A stretch of DNA of 30,307 bases from a virus (taxonomy: Duplodnaviria; Heunggongvirae; Uroviricota; Caudoviricetes): IMG/VR virus record IMGVR_UViG_638341084_000020; one strand, written 5' to 3'. Positions 13,084-26,479 of the stretch are shown here, piece after piece. Numbering within the stretch: the first letter of the stretch is position 1; every line of letters starts with the position of its first letter. The position numbers and the translations under genes were made by a program. The notes under the pieces are model-generated. The model saw only the letters and a program-made list of their open reading frames with translations, was not told the origin of the DNA and made no database searches.

Positions 13084-13487
13084 TTTCCCGCAGAAACAGG
13101 CTCTGCGGGCCCGGCGTCCTCTGTCTGTTCAGGGGCATTATTCACCACAAACTCATACATACCAGACAGCCGGTACACCACGTTTTCAGCATGAGAAATT
13201 GCCTCCGTGGGCCAGGTGGTAAGCACTTCCTGCTCAATCTGTTTAACGGCTTCATTCATGGACGGCATCTGCGTCTTCTGCGGATGGTTATGCCACAGGG
13301 ACATCGCCACCAGAAACGCGCCGGTTCTGATGGCGTCTTCCACAGTAAACTTCCGGTTGCTGTCTGACTCCGCCTGTTCTGCCTGCCGTTTCATCAGGGC
13401 GAGATGCTCAATGCGCTGCAGGGCTGACAGTTCAGAAAGCGTGACGGTCACACCGTTATGTTCAAATGATTCGGTTTTCAGGAACAT
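13065..13487 (-). CDS. G: Tail assembly chaperone G, 140 aa
   Basis: MFLKTESFEHNGVTVTLSELSALQRIEHLALMKRQAEQAESD... matches lambda G. Confidence 0.92.
   Translation of the reverse strand: MFLKTESFEHNGVTVTLSELSALQRIEHLALMKRQAEQAESDSNRKFTVEDAIRTGAFLVAMSLWHNHPQKTQMPSMNEAVKQIEQEVLTTWPTEAISHAENVVYRLSGMYEFVVNNAPEQTEDAGPAEPVSAGKCSTVS
13084..13090 (-). promoter_or_regulatory. Programmed -1 ribosomal frameshift slippery heptamer GGGAAAG (G to G-T)
   Basis: Minus-strand GGGAAAG (plus-strand CTTTCCC) at the codons for ...SAGK... near the end of G, exactly where lambda shifts frame to make gpG-T. Confidence 0.75.
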
Positions 13488-13502
13488 CGCTGACTCTCCG
13501 GA

Positions 13503-14243
13503 TTAACTGGCGGTGACGGTAATTTCTGCAACCGCAGCAAACTCACCATTACCGGATACAACCGGAATGTTGACCTTGCCTGCAGCAACGCCGTTCACGG
13601 TGATGGTCATACCACTGACCGACACGGTGGCTTTTGTTTTATCCGCAGACACCGCACGAAAGCTCTTGTCGGTTACGCCCTCCGGCTGGAAGGCCACGGT
13701 CAGCGTGGTGCTCTGCCCTTTCACCACCGAGGTGCTGGAAGGCGTCACGGTCATGCCGGTTGCCGCTGTTACCGTGCTGCGATCTTCTGCCATCGACGGA
13801 CGTCCCACATTGGTGACTTTCACCGTGCGGGTGATCACTTCCTTCGCCGTCACCGCCTTACCGATACTGCTGACCCAGCCACGGAACACATCGACCGTGC
13901 CGTTCGGGAAGCGGATTTTATAGGCACGGGTATCGCCTTCATTAAACCACGCCAGCAGCGCCTGCTGCCCCTGCTCTCCGGGCATCCACGCCAGCGTGAA
14001 GCTGGTATCTCCGGCAGATTTCTGCCCCTGCCCGGTCGCAGTCCAGTCTGCATCTTCATCATCGAGATAGCTGTCGTCATAGGACTCAGCGGTCAGTTCG
14101 CCGGGCGTCAGGTCTTTAACTTTTGCCAGACGCGACCAGTCAACGTCTGAAAGCGGATTCGCATAAGGGTCACCGCTCCCCTTATAAACCCACAGGGTGG
14201 TCCCGGCACCTTTCACCGGCATTGTAGGATTTGGTACAGGCAT
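13503..14243 (-). CDS. V: Major tail tube protein V, 246 aa (C-terminal Ig-like domain)
   Basis: [45 protein letters not shown]... matches lambda V. Track ORF extends 10 codons further upstream; start chosen by homology and spacing after U. Confidence 0.9.
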   Translation of the reverse strand: MPVPNPTMPVKGAGTTLWVYKGSGDPYANPLSDVDWSRLAKVKDLTPGELTAESYDDSYLDDEDADWTATGQGQKSAGDTSFTLAWMPGEQGQQALLAWFNEGDTRAYKIRFPNGTVDVFRGWVSSIGKAVTAKEVITRTVKVTNVGRPSMAEDRSTVTAATGMTVTPSSTSVVKGQSTTLTVAFQPEGVTDKSFRAVSADKTKATVSVSGMTITVNGVAAGKVNIPVVSGNGEFAAVAEITVTAS

Positions 14244-14250
14244 AGCGTCC

Positions 14251-14646
14251 TCACATTTCATAGGTAATGACATAAGTCAGATCGGCTGAACTCCACAGGC
14301 CCGCATCATCGTCGCGCCGGTAGTCATAGCCACTGGCCACCATACTGGTGATCAAATCTGACAGTGCCGGGATATCGCTCATCACCGGATAAATCCGGGA
14401 CTCCATCCACGCATCCAGCTCTGAATCCGGCACCTGAGCAGGCAGGAAAACTTCGATATGCAGCTCCGCCTGCCAGGTATCGCTGTCCAGCTCTTCGCCC
14501 GTGTATTCAGCGCCGGTGAGATAAACGGCAACTGCCGGAAAATCCGCCTCATCAAAAACAGCGGGGCGACCATCAAAAAACGTCGCCCCGGTGTCATGCT
14601 TCTCCAGTGCATCCAGTACGGCTGCACGGAGTTCAGTATGTTTCAT
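14251..14646 (-). CDS. U: Tail terminator protein U, 131 aa
   Basis: [51 protein letters not shown]... matches lambda U. Confidence 0.92.
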   Translation of the reverse strand: MKHTELRAAVLDALEKHDTGATFFDGRPAVFDEADFPAVAVYLTGAEYTGEELDSDTWQAELHIEVFLPAQVPDSELDAWMESRIYPVMSDIPALSDLITSMVASGYDYRRDDDAGLWSSADLTYVITYEM

Positions 14647-15221
14647 CGCTTTATTACCATCCTCAGTTGATGCTGCAGCGCATAGCCCAGCTCTTTCGGA
14701 AGACGTTCACGCCGTATCCGCTCAATATTTTGTTTAAACGCCGTGGTCAGCGGCACCGCCATCGGGATTTTCACCACATCAATGGGGTAACGGTTTTTCC
14801 CGGCCACACGCTGCATGACATGCCACCGGCCATTTTTCAGTTGCTGAATAAACGCGCCGGGAATACGACGGTTACCCACCACAAGCACGCTGCCGCCACC
14901 TTTCAGGGATGAACGCTGCCCCTTTTTACGACGCCTGCGGCGCGAAAGGACAACCCGCGCATTACCCAGCTTGATTACGGGCAAATCCCCCCGGTTAACT
15001 TTGATTCTGGCCTGCGGATTTTTGACCGTGGCCCTTTTCAGCCTGGCCCTTTCCTTTACCAGTTTCCGGCGTACCTTTGTCTCACGGGCAACCTGTGACG
15101 CCGACTGCGATATCGCGGATGAAGCAACGCGGTTAATGGCCATTGCGGCGGCACCAGGCACCGCCGTTTTGCTGATACGGCTGAGGTTTTCAACGGCCTG
15201 CTCAAGACCTTTTATGGCCAT
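14643..15221 (-). CDS. Z: Tail completion protein Z, 192 aa
   Basis: MAIKGLEQAVENLSRISKTAVPGAAAMAINRVASSAISQ... matches lambda Z; 4-nt overlap with U. Confidence 0.92.
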   Translation of the reverse strand: MAIKGLEQAVENLSRISKTAVPGAAAMAINRVASSAISQSASQVARETKVRRKLVKERARLKRATVKNPQARIKVNRGDLPVIKLGNARVVLSRRRRRKKGQRSSLKGGGSVLVVGNRRIPGAFIQQLKNGRWHVMQRVAGKNRYPIDVVKIPMAVPLTTAFKQNIERIRRERLPKELGYALQHQLRMVIKR

Positions 15222-15232
15222 ACATCCCCCTT

Positions 15233-15586
15233 TCAGCGGCGACGGTTAACGGCAGGCGGTACGCCCCGTCCAAGCCAGAGATGACAACTTCCGCCATCAT
15301 CCGGCGAAACCCGATCTACCCAGAAATTTTCCTCACCGATGGTCAGCGTGTCTCCACGCCGCAGCTGCCGCACCTCATCAGTCCGGACAAACAGGGACGG
15401 GCTGGAGCCTTCAACGCGCACGCCCTGTCCGGCATAGCTGATATTTTCAGGGTCATCAAAAACACCACGTATCACCGCACCTGACTGCTCACCGGATGTA
15501 ATGGTGGCTGACGTTCCCATGTACCCGCGTATCGTTTCATCGGCGCGGGCAATGGCAGCATCGAACAGGTTATCGAAATCAGCCAC
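15233..15586 (-). CDS. FII: Head-tail joining protein FII, 117 aa
   Basis: MADFDNLFDAAIARADETIRGYMGTSATITSGEQSGAVIRGVFDDPENISYAGQG... matches lambda FII. Confidence 0.92.
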   Translation of the reverse strand: MADFDNLFDAAIARADETIRGYMGTSATITSGEQSGAVIRGVFDDPENISYAGQGVRVEGSSPSLFVRTDEVRQLRRGDTLTIGEENFWVDRVSPDDGGSCHLWLGRGVPPAVNRRR

Positions 15587-15597
15587 AGCGCCTCCCG

Positions 15598-15996
15598 TTA
15601 TTGCATTCTGGCCAGGCCGCGCTCTGTCATTTCGGCTGCCACACCGGCAGAGACACGAAACGCCGTTCCCGGCAGCACAAATGCCACAGGTTCATCCCGC
15701 GTGGCGTGAAGTGCATCAGTATGCAGCTTCACCAGTGCCACGACCGTGACCAGTTCAGACGTATCCAGAATCACGGTATCCGGCTGCGCTGATCCCACCT
15801 CATTTTCATGTCCGGTCAGCACATTTTCCCGGCTGAGAGGGGTGTCCTGACCGGCAGTTTCATCCGTGTCATCAAGCTCCTCTTCCAGCTCTGCCACACG
15901 GAGCGCCAGTTCTTCTTTCGTCCCCGTCAGGCTGACATCACGGTTCAGTTGTTCACCCAGCGAGCGGAGACGGGCAATCAGTTCATCTTTCGTCAT
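15598..15996 (-). CDS. FI: DNA packaging protein FI, 132 aa
   Basis: MTKDELIARLRSLGEQLNRDVSLTGTKEELALRVAELEEELDDTDETAGQ... matches lambda FI; start is the 14th codon of the track ORF. Confidence 0.88.
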   Translation of the reverse strand: MTKDELIARLRSLGEQLNRDVSLTGTKEELALRVAELEEELDDTDETAGQDTPLSRENVLTGHENEVGSAQPDTVILDTSELVTVVALVKLHTDALHATRDEPVAFVLPGTAFRVSAGVAAEMTERGLARMQ

Positions 15997-16037
15997 GGAC
16001 TCCTCCACAGAGAAACAATGGCCCCGAAGGGCCATGA

Positions 16038-17099
16038 TTACGCCAGTTGTACGGACACGAACTCATCAGGGTCAGCCAGCAGCATCAGCGGTGCTGACTG
16101 AATCATGGTGAACTCACGCGCCGGATCGCCGGTGGTCACCCAGTTTTTCGGGTAACGGGCAGAGGCGTTAATGCCTTCGCGCTGTGCGTCCGCATCCTGA
16201 ATGCAGCCATAGGTGCGCAGACCGCGTGCCTGAGTGTTCCCCAGCACCATCGTGTTGTCCGGCAGGAAGTTCTTTTTGACGCCGTTTTCCACGTACTGTC
16301 CGGAATACACGACGATGGCCACATCGCCATACATCCCCTTATAGGACACCGCTTTACCTAGGTCTTTCACCGCTGTCTCCAGCTCGGAATTAGAGCCACG
16401 ACGGGTATCCAGCTTCTCCTTGACGGCTTTGAAGGAACGGAACAGCGCCCAGCCTTTCGGATCGAACACGATGATATTCACCACACCGCTGGCGTTCAGC
16501 GCGTAGGCTTCGATATCGTCGGTCGGGTCATACGTGGACTTGTCACGCTTGCTCCACTCCGTGCCGCCGGACTGCGTGATGTTATTCTCCTCACTGCGGC
16601 CCATATCCACCTCAACCGGATCGAAGGCTTCACCGGTCATGGTGTATTTGCCCTTAAGCACGGCAGAAACTGCCTGCATCTCTTCGACCTGAGCAATGGC
16701 CAGCTCTTCGTCACGCATGTTCTGCATGATGATGCGACGGCGGCGGTAAGCCGGGTCCGCCAGATTCTGCGGATCTTCATCCGGCAGGCGACGCAGGGTC
16801 ATCTGCGGATCTTCATCCGGCAGGCGACGCAGGGTCATCTGCGGATTCACTTCATGCTTCGGCTTGACATATCCCGGCGTAAATTCAGAGGTGGAGCCGC
16901 CACGGGAACGGATAACCTCACCGGAAACAATCGGCGAAACGTACAGCGCCATGTTTACCAGTCCCGGAATTTGTGAGAGATAGACTTTCTCCGTGGTGAA
17001 GGGATAGCTCTCACGGAAAAAGAGACGCAGAAACAGCGGATCAAACTTAAATTTCTGCTCATTTGCCGCCAGCAGTTGGGCGGTTGTGTACATCGACAT
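16038..17099 (-). CDS. E: Major capsid protein E, 353 aa, carrying an in-frame 12-aa tandem duplication relative to lambda E (341 aa)
   Basis: MSMYTTAQLLAANEQKFKFDPLFLRLFFRESYPFTTEKVYLSQIPGLVNMALYVSPIVSGEV... matches lambda E throughout, except that MTLRRLPDEDPQ occurs twice in tandem. Confidence 0.92.
   Translation of the reverse strand: MSMYTTAQLLAANEQKFKFDPLFLRLFFRESYPFTTEKVYLSQIPGLVNMALYVSPIVSGEVIRSRGGSTSEFTPGYVKPKHEVNPQMTLRRLPDEDPQMTLRRLPDEDPQNLADPAYRRRRIIMQNMRDEELAIAQVEEMQAVSAVLKGKYTMTGEAFDPVEVDMGRSEENNITQSGGTEWSKRDKSTYDPTDDIEAYALNASGVVNIIVFDPKGWALFRSFKAVKEKLDTRRGSNSELETAVKDLGKAVSYKGMYGDVAIVVYSGQYVENGVKKNFLPDNTMVLGNTQARGLRTYGCIQDADAQREGINASARYPKNWVTTGDPAREFTMIQSAPLMLLADPDEFVSVQLA
16767..16838 (-). 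repeat. Perfect 36-bp direct tandem duplication inside E (encodes MTLRRLPDEDPQ twice)
   Basis: Two identical adjacent 36-nt units (plus-strand unit ctgcggatcttcatccggcaggcgacgcagggtcat) corresponding to E track residues 97-108 and 109-120. Confidence 0.9.
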
Positions 17100-17154
17100 A
17101 AAAAAATCCCGTAAAAAAAGCCGCACAGGCGGCCTTTAGTGATGAAGGGTAAAG

Positions 17155-17487
17155 TTAAACGATGCTGATTGCCGTTCCGGCAAACGCGGTCCGTTTTTTC
17201 GTCTCGTCGCTGGCAGCCTCCGGCCAGAGCACATCCTCATAACGGAACGTGCCGGACTTGTAGAACGTCAGCGTGGTGCTGGTCTGGTCAGCAGCAACCG
17301 CAAGAATGCCAACGGCAGCACCGTCGGTGGTGCCATCCCACGCAACCAGCTTACGGCTGGAGGTGTCCAGCATCAGCGGGGTCATTGCAGGCGCTTTCGC
17401 ACTCAATCCGCCGGGCGCGGTTGCGGTATGAGCCGGGTCACTGTTGCCCTGCGGCTGGTAATGGGTAAAGGTTTCTTTGCTCGTCAT
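17155..17487 (-). CDS. D: Capsid decoration protein D, 110 aa
   Basis: [52 protein letters not shown]... matches lambda D; track ORF begins 2 codons upstream. Confidence 0.92.
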
Positions 17488-17496
17488 AAACATCCC

Positions 17497-18102
17497 TTAC
17501 ACTGGTGTGTTCAGCAAATCGTTAACGGCATCAGATGCCGGGTTACCTGCAGCCAGCGGTGCCGGTGCCCCCTGCATCAGACGATCCAGCGCAGTGTCAC
17601 TGCGCGCCTGTGCACTCTGTGGTGCTGCGGCCAGAATGCGGCGGGCCGTTTTCACGGTCATACCGGGGGTTTCTGCCAGCACGCGTGCCTGTTCTTCGCG
17701 TCCGTGAGCCTCCTCACAGTTGAGGATCCCCATAATGCGGCTGTTTTCTGCCGCAACCGCTGCGGTGATCTGCGCGTTCACGTCCGGCTGCGCCGCGCTG
17801 GCGTTCTCGCCCTCCGTCGCTGGCACCACGTCAGTAACGTCAGCCTGCGAAGCAGTGGCTGAAACAGTTGTTGATTGAGTCTCTTTGGTCATTCGCCCTC
17901 CTGAGAGACGGGATTTACGTGCATCCAGTGCATCACGCATGACGGTGATCGCATCGGTGCTGTTAACAAGTTCATCAGCCAGTCCGGCATCAATGGCCTC
18001 CTGACCGCTGTACACTGCAGCCTCGGTATCCAGCACAGCCTGCACGGACAGGCCGGTATATGCCGACACCTTCTGCGCAAACATCCGGCGGGTTGCGTCC
18101 AT
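17497..18102 (-). CDS. Nu3: Capsid scaffolding protein Nu3, 201 aa, nested in-frame in the 3' part of C
   Basis: Internal in-frame start at MDATRRMFAQKVSAYTGLSVQ...; the lambda Nu3 arrangement shares frame and stop with C. Confidence 0.6.
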   Translation of the reverse strand: MDATRRMFAQKVSAYTGLSVQAVLDTEAAVYSGQEAIDAGLADELVNSTDAITVMRDALDARKSRLSGGRMTKETQSTTVSATASQADVTDVVPATEGENASAAQPDVNAQITAAVAAENSRIMGILNCEEAHGREEQARVLAETPGMTVKTARRILAAAPQSAQARSDTALDRLMQGAPAPLAAGNPASDAVNDLLNTPV

Positions 18103-18796
18103 CCGGGACTGCAGTGTCTCCCGGACGTCATCCGGAAGATGGCTGTAGGGGTTGCCATCCACCTTATGGCTGCCGCTGTAAATCAGCGTGATTTCCACAC
18201 CCTGTTTCTCCAGCGCAGCACCGTAATTACTGTGAGCCATCATGACGCCGATGGAGCCTGTCCGGGCGGTCTGCGTGACCAGACGCCGGGAGGCGGCACT
18301 GGCAAGCAACTGACCTGCACTGCAGTTCATGTCGTTGGCAAGCGCCCATACCGGTTTTATGTCACGCACACGGGCGATGATGTCAGCGCAGTCAAATGCC
18401 CCCGCCACCATCCCGCCGGGCGTGTCCATATCGAGCAGAATGCCGTCCACCATCGGATCGCTGGCAGCCTGTTGCAGACGGGCGATAATGCCGTTGTAAC
18501 CGGTCATCCCCGAGTACGGCTGCAGCGCCCGCGTCCGGCTGACCAGCGTGCCGGACACCGGCAGCACGGCGATGCCGTTCATGACCTGATAACTGCGGGC
18601 CTGTCGTGGTCCGTCATCATCACCGGATAATGCCAGCGTCGCGAGTGCCTCCTGGGCAGTCAGGCTGTCGCCGGACACCGCATCCGTCAGGCGGCTGATC
18701 CCAAGCTGGCCTGCAAGCGCACAAAAGAAAACCCGCGCATAGGCGGGTTCAAGCATCAGCGGCTCATTAAAGGCCATGCTGGCAATATGCGGGAGA

Positions 18797-18816
<20 letters not shown>
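17497..18816 (-). CDS. C: Capsid assembly protease C, 439 aa, GTG start
   Basis: (M)TAELRNLPHIASMAFNEPLMLEPAYARVFFCALAGQ... matches lambda C; GTG start preceded by a strong AGGAGG ribosome-binding site and overlapping the last 20 nt of B, as in lambda. Track ORF extends further upstream inside B and is probably not the real start. Confidence 0.85.
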
Positions 18817-22497
<3,681 letters not shown>

Positions 22498-22523
<26 letters not shown>

Positions 22524-23043
22524 TCAGCAACCCCGGTATCAGTTCATCCAGCGCGGCTGCTTTGTTCATGGCTTTGATGATATCCCGTTTCAGGAAATCA
22601 ACATGTCGGTTTTCCAGTTCCGGAAAACGCCGCTGCACCGACAGGGGGAGCCCGTCGAGAATACTGGCAATTTCACCTGCGATCCGCGACAACACGAAAG
22701 TACAGAATGCGGTTTCCACCACTTCAGCGGAGTCTCTGGCATTCTTCAGTTCCTGTGCGTCGGCCTGCGCACGCGTAAGTCGATGGCGTTCGTACTCAAT
22801 AGTTCCTGGCTGGAGATCTGCCTCGCTGGCCTGCCGCAGTTCTTCAACCTCCCGGCGCAGCTTTTCGTTCTCAATTTCAGCATCCCTTTCGGCATACCAT
22901 TTTATGACGGCGGCAGAGTCATAAAGCACCTCATTACCCTTGCCACCGCCTCGCAGAACGGGCATTCCCTGTTCCTGCCAGTTCTGAATGGTACGGATAC
23001 TCGCACCGAAAATGTCAGCCAGCTGCTTTTTGTTGACTTCCAT
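22498..23043 (-). CDS. Nu1: Terminase small subunit Nu1, 181 aa
   Basis: MEVNKKQLADIFGASIRTIQNWQEQGMPVLRGGGKGNEVLYDSAAVIKWYAERDAEIENEKLRREVEEL... matches lambda Nu1; overlaps the A start by 26 nt as in lambda. Confidence 0.95.
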
Positions 23044-23059
23044 TGTTCATTCCACGGCC

Positions 23060-23265
23060 AAAAACAGAGAAAGGAAACGACAAAGGCCCAAAAGTTCGTT
23101 TTCAGCACCTGTCGTTTCCTTTCTTTTCAGGGGGTATTTTAAATAAAAACATTAAGTTACGACGAAGAAGAACGGAAACGCCTTAAACCGGAAAATTTTC
23201 ATAAATAGCGAAAACCCGCGAGGTCGCCGCCCCGTAACCTGTCGGATCGCCGGAAAGGACCCGCA
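23060..23265. other. cos: cos site: cosB (three GGAAACG/CGTTTCC R elements at about 23065-23185), cosN 12-nt cohesive end (plus-strand AGGTCGCCGCCC at about 23221..23232) and cosQ side (to about 23265)
   Basis: Reverse complement of the lambda cohesive end GGGCGGCGACCT is read directly, flanked on the Nu1 side by repeated GGAAACG-type elements and on the other side by sequence resembling the lambda right end. Confidence 0.85.
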
Positions 23266-23431
23266 AAATGATAATAATTATCATCTACATGTCACAACGT
23301 GCATCTACGCCATCAAACCACGTCAAATAATCAATTATGACGCAGGTATCGTATTAATTGATCCGCATCAACTTAACGTAAAAACAACTTCAGACAATAC
23401 AAATCAGCGACACTGAATACGGGGCAACCTC

Positions 23432-23626
23432 ATGTCAACGAAGAACAGAACCCGCAGAACAACAACCCGCAACATCCGCTTTCCTAACCAAATGATTGAA
23501 CAAATTAACATCGCTCTTGATCAAAAAGGGTCCGGGAATTTCTCAGCCTGGGTCATTGAAGCCTGCCGTCGGAGGCTAACGTCAGAAAAGAGAGCATATA
23601 CATCAATTAAAAGTGATGAAGAATGA
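23432..23626 (+). CDS. ylcI: Small ribbon-helix-helix-like protein, 64 aa (YlcI-like, DUF3950)
   Basis: MSTKNRTRRTTTRNIRFPNQMIEQINIALDQKGSGNFSAWVIEACRRRL...; basic N-terminus, then a beta-strand / helix / G-x-N turn / helix pattern typical of CopG/Arc/MetJ folds; I recall the 64-aa DLP12 YlcI as similar. Confidence 0.6.
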   Translation: MSTKNRTRRTTTRNIRFPNQMIEQINIALDQKGSGNFSAWVIEACRRRLTSEKRAYTSIKSDEE

Positions 23627-23790
23627 ACATCCCGCGTTCTTCCCTCCGAACAGGACGATATTGTAAATTCACTTAATTACGAGGGCATTGCAGTAATTGA
23701 GTTGCAGTTTTACCACTTTCCTGACAGTGACAGACTGCGTGTTGGCTCTGTCACAGGTTAAGTAGTTTGAATGATTAGCAGTTATGGTGA

Positions 23791-23997
23791 TCAGTCAACC
23801 ACCAGGGAATAATCCTTCATATTATTATCGTGCTTCACCAACGCTGCCTCAATTGCCCTGAATGCTTCCAGAGACACCTTATGTTCTATACATGCAATTA
23901 CAACATCAGGGTAACTCATAGAAATGGTGCTATTAAGCATATTTTTTACACGAATCAGATCCACGGAGGGATCATCAGCAGATTGTTCTTTATTCAT
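23791..23997 (-). CDS. ybcW: Small hypothetical protein, 68 aa (YbcW-like)
   Basis: ATG start with GGAG ribosome-binding site; [41 protein letters not shown]...; same size and position as the 68-aa ORF near the lambda right end and DLP12 ybcW, as recalled. Confidence 0.55.
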
Positions 23998-24282
23998 TTT
24001 GTCGCTCCATGCGCTTGCTCTTCATCTAGCGGTTAAAATATTACTTCAAATCTTTCTGTATGAAGATTTGAGCACGTTGGCCTTACATACATCTGTCGGT
24101 TGTATTTCCCTCCAGAATGCCAGCAGGACCGCACTTTGTTACACAACCAATACTATTAATTGAAAACATTCCTAATATTTGACATAAATCATCAACAAAA
24201 CACAAAGAGGTCAGACCAGATTGAAACGATAAAAACGATAATGCAAACTACGCGCCCTCGTATCACATGGAAGGTTTTACCA

Positions 24283-24693
24283 ATGGCTCAGGTTGCCATT
24301 TTTAAAGAAATATTCGATCAAGTGCGAAAAGATTTAAACTGTGAATTGTTTTATTCTGAACTAAAACGTCACAATGTCTCACATTATATTTACTATCTAG
24401 CCACAGATAATATTCACATTGTGTTAAAAAACGATAACGCTGTGTTAATAAAAGGACTTAAAAAGGTTGTAAATGTTAAATTCTCAAGAAATACGCATCT
24501 TATAGAAACGTCCTTTGATAGGTTGAAATCAAGAGAAATCACATTTCAGCAATACAGGGAAAATCTTGCTAAAGCAGGAGTTTTCCGATGGGTTACAAAT
24601 ATCCACGAACATAAAAGATATTACTATACCTTTGATAATTCATTACTATTTACTGAGAGCATTCAGAACACTACACAAATCTTTCCACGCTAA
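24283..24693 (+). CDS. ybcV: Hypothetical protein, 136 aa (YbcV-like, DUF1398)
   Basis: ATG at 24283 ([30 protein letters not shown]...) preceded by GGAAGG about 8 nt upstream. The track ORF (24160) starts at an upstream TTG; 24241 is another possible ATG. Function unknown. Confidence 0.55.
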   Translation: MAQVAIFKEIFDQVRKDLNCELFYSELKRHNVSHYIYYLATDNIHIVLKNDNAVLIKGLKKVVNVKFSRNTHLIETSFDRLKSREITFQQYRENLAKAGVFRWVTNIHEHKRYYYTFDNSLLFTESIQNTTQIFPR

Positions 24694-24983
24694 ATCATAA
24701 CGTCCGGTTTCTTCCGTGTCAGCACCGGGGCGTTGGCATAATGCAATACGTGTACGCGCTAAACCCTGTGTGCATCGTTTTTAATTATTCCCGGACACTC
24801 CCGCAGAGAAGTTCCCCGTCAGGGCTGTGGACATAGTTAATCCGGGAATACAATGACGATTCATCGCACCTGACATACATTAATAAATATTAACAATATG
24901 AAATTTCAACTCATTGTTTAGGGTTTGTTTAATTTTCTACACATACGATTCTGCGAACTTCAAAAAGCATCGGGAATAACACC

Positions 24984-25277
24984 ATGAAAAAAATGCTACT
25001 CGCTACTGCGCTGGCCCTGCTTATTACAGGATGTGCTCAACAGACGTTTACTGTTCAAAACAAACAGACAGCAGTAGCACCAAAGGAAACCATCACCCAT
25101 CATTTCTTCGTTTCTGGAATTGGGCAGAAGAAAACTGTCGATGCAGCCAAAATTTGTGGCGGCGCAGAAAATGTTGTTAAAACAGAAACCCAGCAAACAT
25201 TCGTAAATGGATTGCTCGGTTTTATTACTTTAGGCATTTATACTCCGCTGGAAGCGCGTGTGTATTGCTCAAAATAA
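24984..25277 (+). CDS. bor: Bor lipoprotein (serum-resistance, Iss-like), 97 aa
   Basis: MKKMLLATALALLITGCAQQTFTVQNKQTAVAPKETITHHFFVSGIGQKKTVDAAKICGG..., near-identical to lambda Bor; lipobox LITGC; opposite strand to the late operon, as in lambda. Confidence 0.93.
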   Translation: MKKMLLATALALLITGCAQQTFTVQNKQTAVAPKETITHHFFVSGIGQKKTVDAAKICGGAENVVKTETQQTFVNGLLGFITLGIYTPLEARVYCSK

Positions 25278-25308
25278 TTGCATGAGTTGCCCATCGATAT
25301 GGTCAGCT

Positions 25309-25782
25309 CTATCTGCACTGCTCATTAATATACTTCTGGGTTCCTTCCAGTTGTTTTTGCATAGTGATCAGCCTCTCTCTGAGGGTGAAATAATCCCGTT
25401 CAGCGGTGTCTGCCAGTCGGGGGGAGGCTGCATTATCCACGCCGGAGGCCGTGGTGGCTTCACGCACTGACTGACAGACTGCTTTGATGTGCAACCGACG
25501 ACGACCAGCGGCAACATCATCACGCAGAGCATCATTTTCAGCTTTCGCATCAGCTAACTCCTTCGTGTATTTTGCATCGAGCGCAGCAACATCACGCTGA
25601 CGCATCTGCATGTCAGTAATTGCCGCGTTCGCTAGCTTCAGTTCTCTGGCATTTTTGTCGCGCTGGGCTTTGTAGGCGATTGCGTTATCACGGTAATGAT
25701 TGACCGCCCATGACAGGCTGACGATGATGCAGATAATCAGAGCGGATATAATCGCGGTTACTCTGCTCACTGTTGCCCCCAC
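25309..25782 (-). CDS. Rz: Spanin inner-membrane subunit Rz (i-spanin), 157 aa
   Basis: ...[59 protein letters not shown]... matches lambda Rz / DLP12 RzpD; N-terminal transmembrane segment plus coiled-coil region. Confidence 0.9.
25368..25550 (-). CDS. Rz1: Spanin outer-membrane lipoprotein subunit Rz1 (o-spanin), 60 aa, embedded in Rz in the +1 frame
   Basis: [60 protein letters not shown]; lipobox LVVVGC and proline-rich mature region, as in lambda Rz1. Confidence 0.88.
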   Translation of the reverse strand: MRKLKMMLCVMMLPLVVVGCTSKQSVSQCVKPPRPPAWIMQPPPDWQTPLNGIISPSERG

Positions 25783-26264
25783 AAACAGACTTCACGCTCA
25801 ATCTCACGACGAGTCATCAGGCCTTTCCATTGCTTACCGCCAGCGTATGTCCAGCGACGCAGCTGATCACATGCGCCTTTGATATCGCCCTGGTTTATTT
25901 TGCGAAGAAGCGTCGATGTTCTAAAATTGCCAGCACCCACATTGTAAACGAATGAGTAAAGAGCGCCGCGCGTTGTTTCCGGTATATCGACTTTGATATA
26001 CGGGTTAATTTGTCTGGCGACAGTGGCAAGGTCTTTATTCAAGAGTGCTTTGCATTCTGCTTTGGTATACGTTTTACCGAGCATGATGTCTTTTCCGGTG
26101 TGTCCGTGACATACAGTCCATACACCAACAATATCTTTGTATGGTATGTAGCTGACACCTTCCAGACCATCGTTACCACTTGGGCCAGTGATTAACACTG
26201 ATGCTATAGCAATTGCTCCGCCACCAATAGCAGCAGCAACGGCTTTTCGTAATGATGGAGGCAT
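25767..26264 (-). CDS. R: SAR endolysin R (phage-21-type T4-lysozyme-fold muramidase with N-terminal signal-anchor-release domain), 165 aa
   Basis: Gly/Ala-rich weakly hydrophobic N-terminal segment ([18 protein letters not shown]) followed by E35...D44...T50 spacing ([18 protein letters not shown]), the catalytic triad arrangement I recall for R21. Not the lambda transglycosylase R. Confidence 0.88.
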
Positions 26265-26479
26265 TATTCACCTCTCGCAGCCTTGCGCTTATCTTCTTTA
26301 ATCTTGAAATAAAGGTTTGTCAGGTACGTCAGCAGGCCAAATACCAGGCTACCCAGCACACCTATTGCTGCCCACTGTGAGGGAGTGACTTTATCGAGCA
26401 GCTGTAAAAACCAGTAACCGGCACTACCTGCTGAGGTGCCATAGGCGACTCCAGTTGTTAACTTATCCATGAATTTCAT
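26264..26479 (-). CDS. S: Pinholin / antiholin S (phage-21 S21 type), 71 aa with dual start (Met1 antiholin, Met4 holin)
   Basis: [71 protein letters not shown]; two transmembrane segments and a charged C-terminus; M-K-x-M dual-start motif. Track ORF extends 15 codons upstream. Confidence 0.85.
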
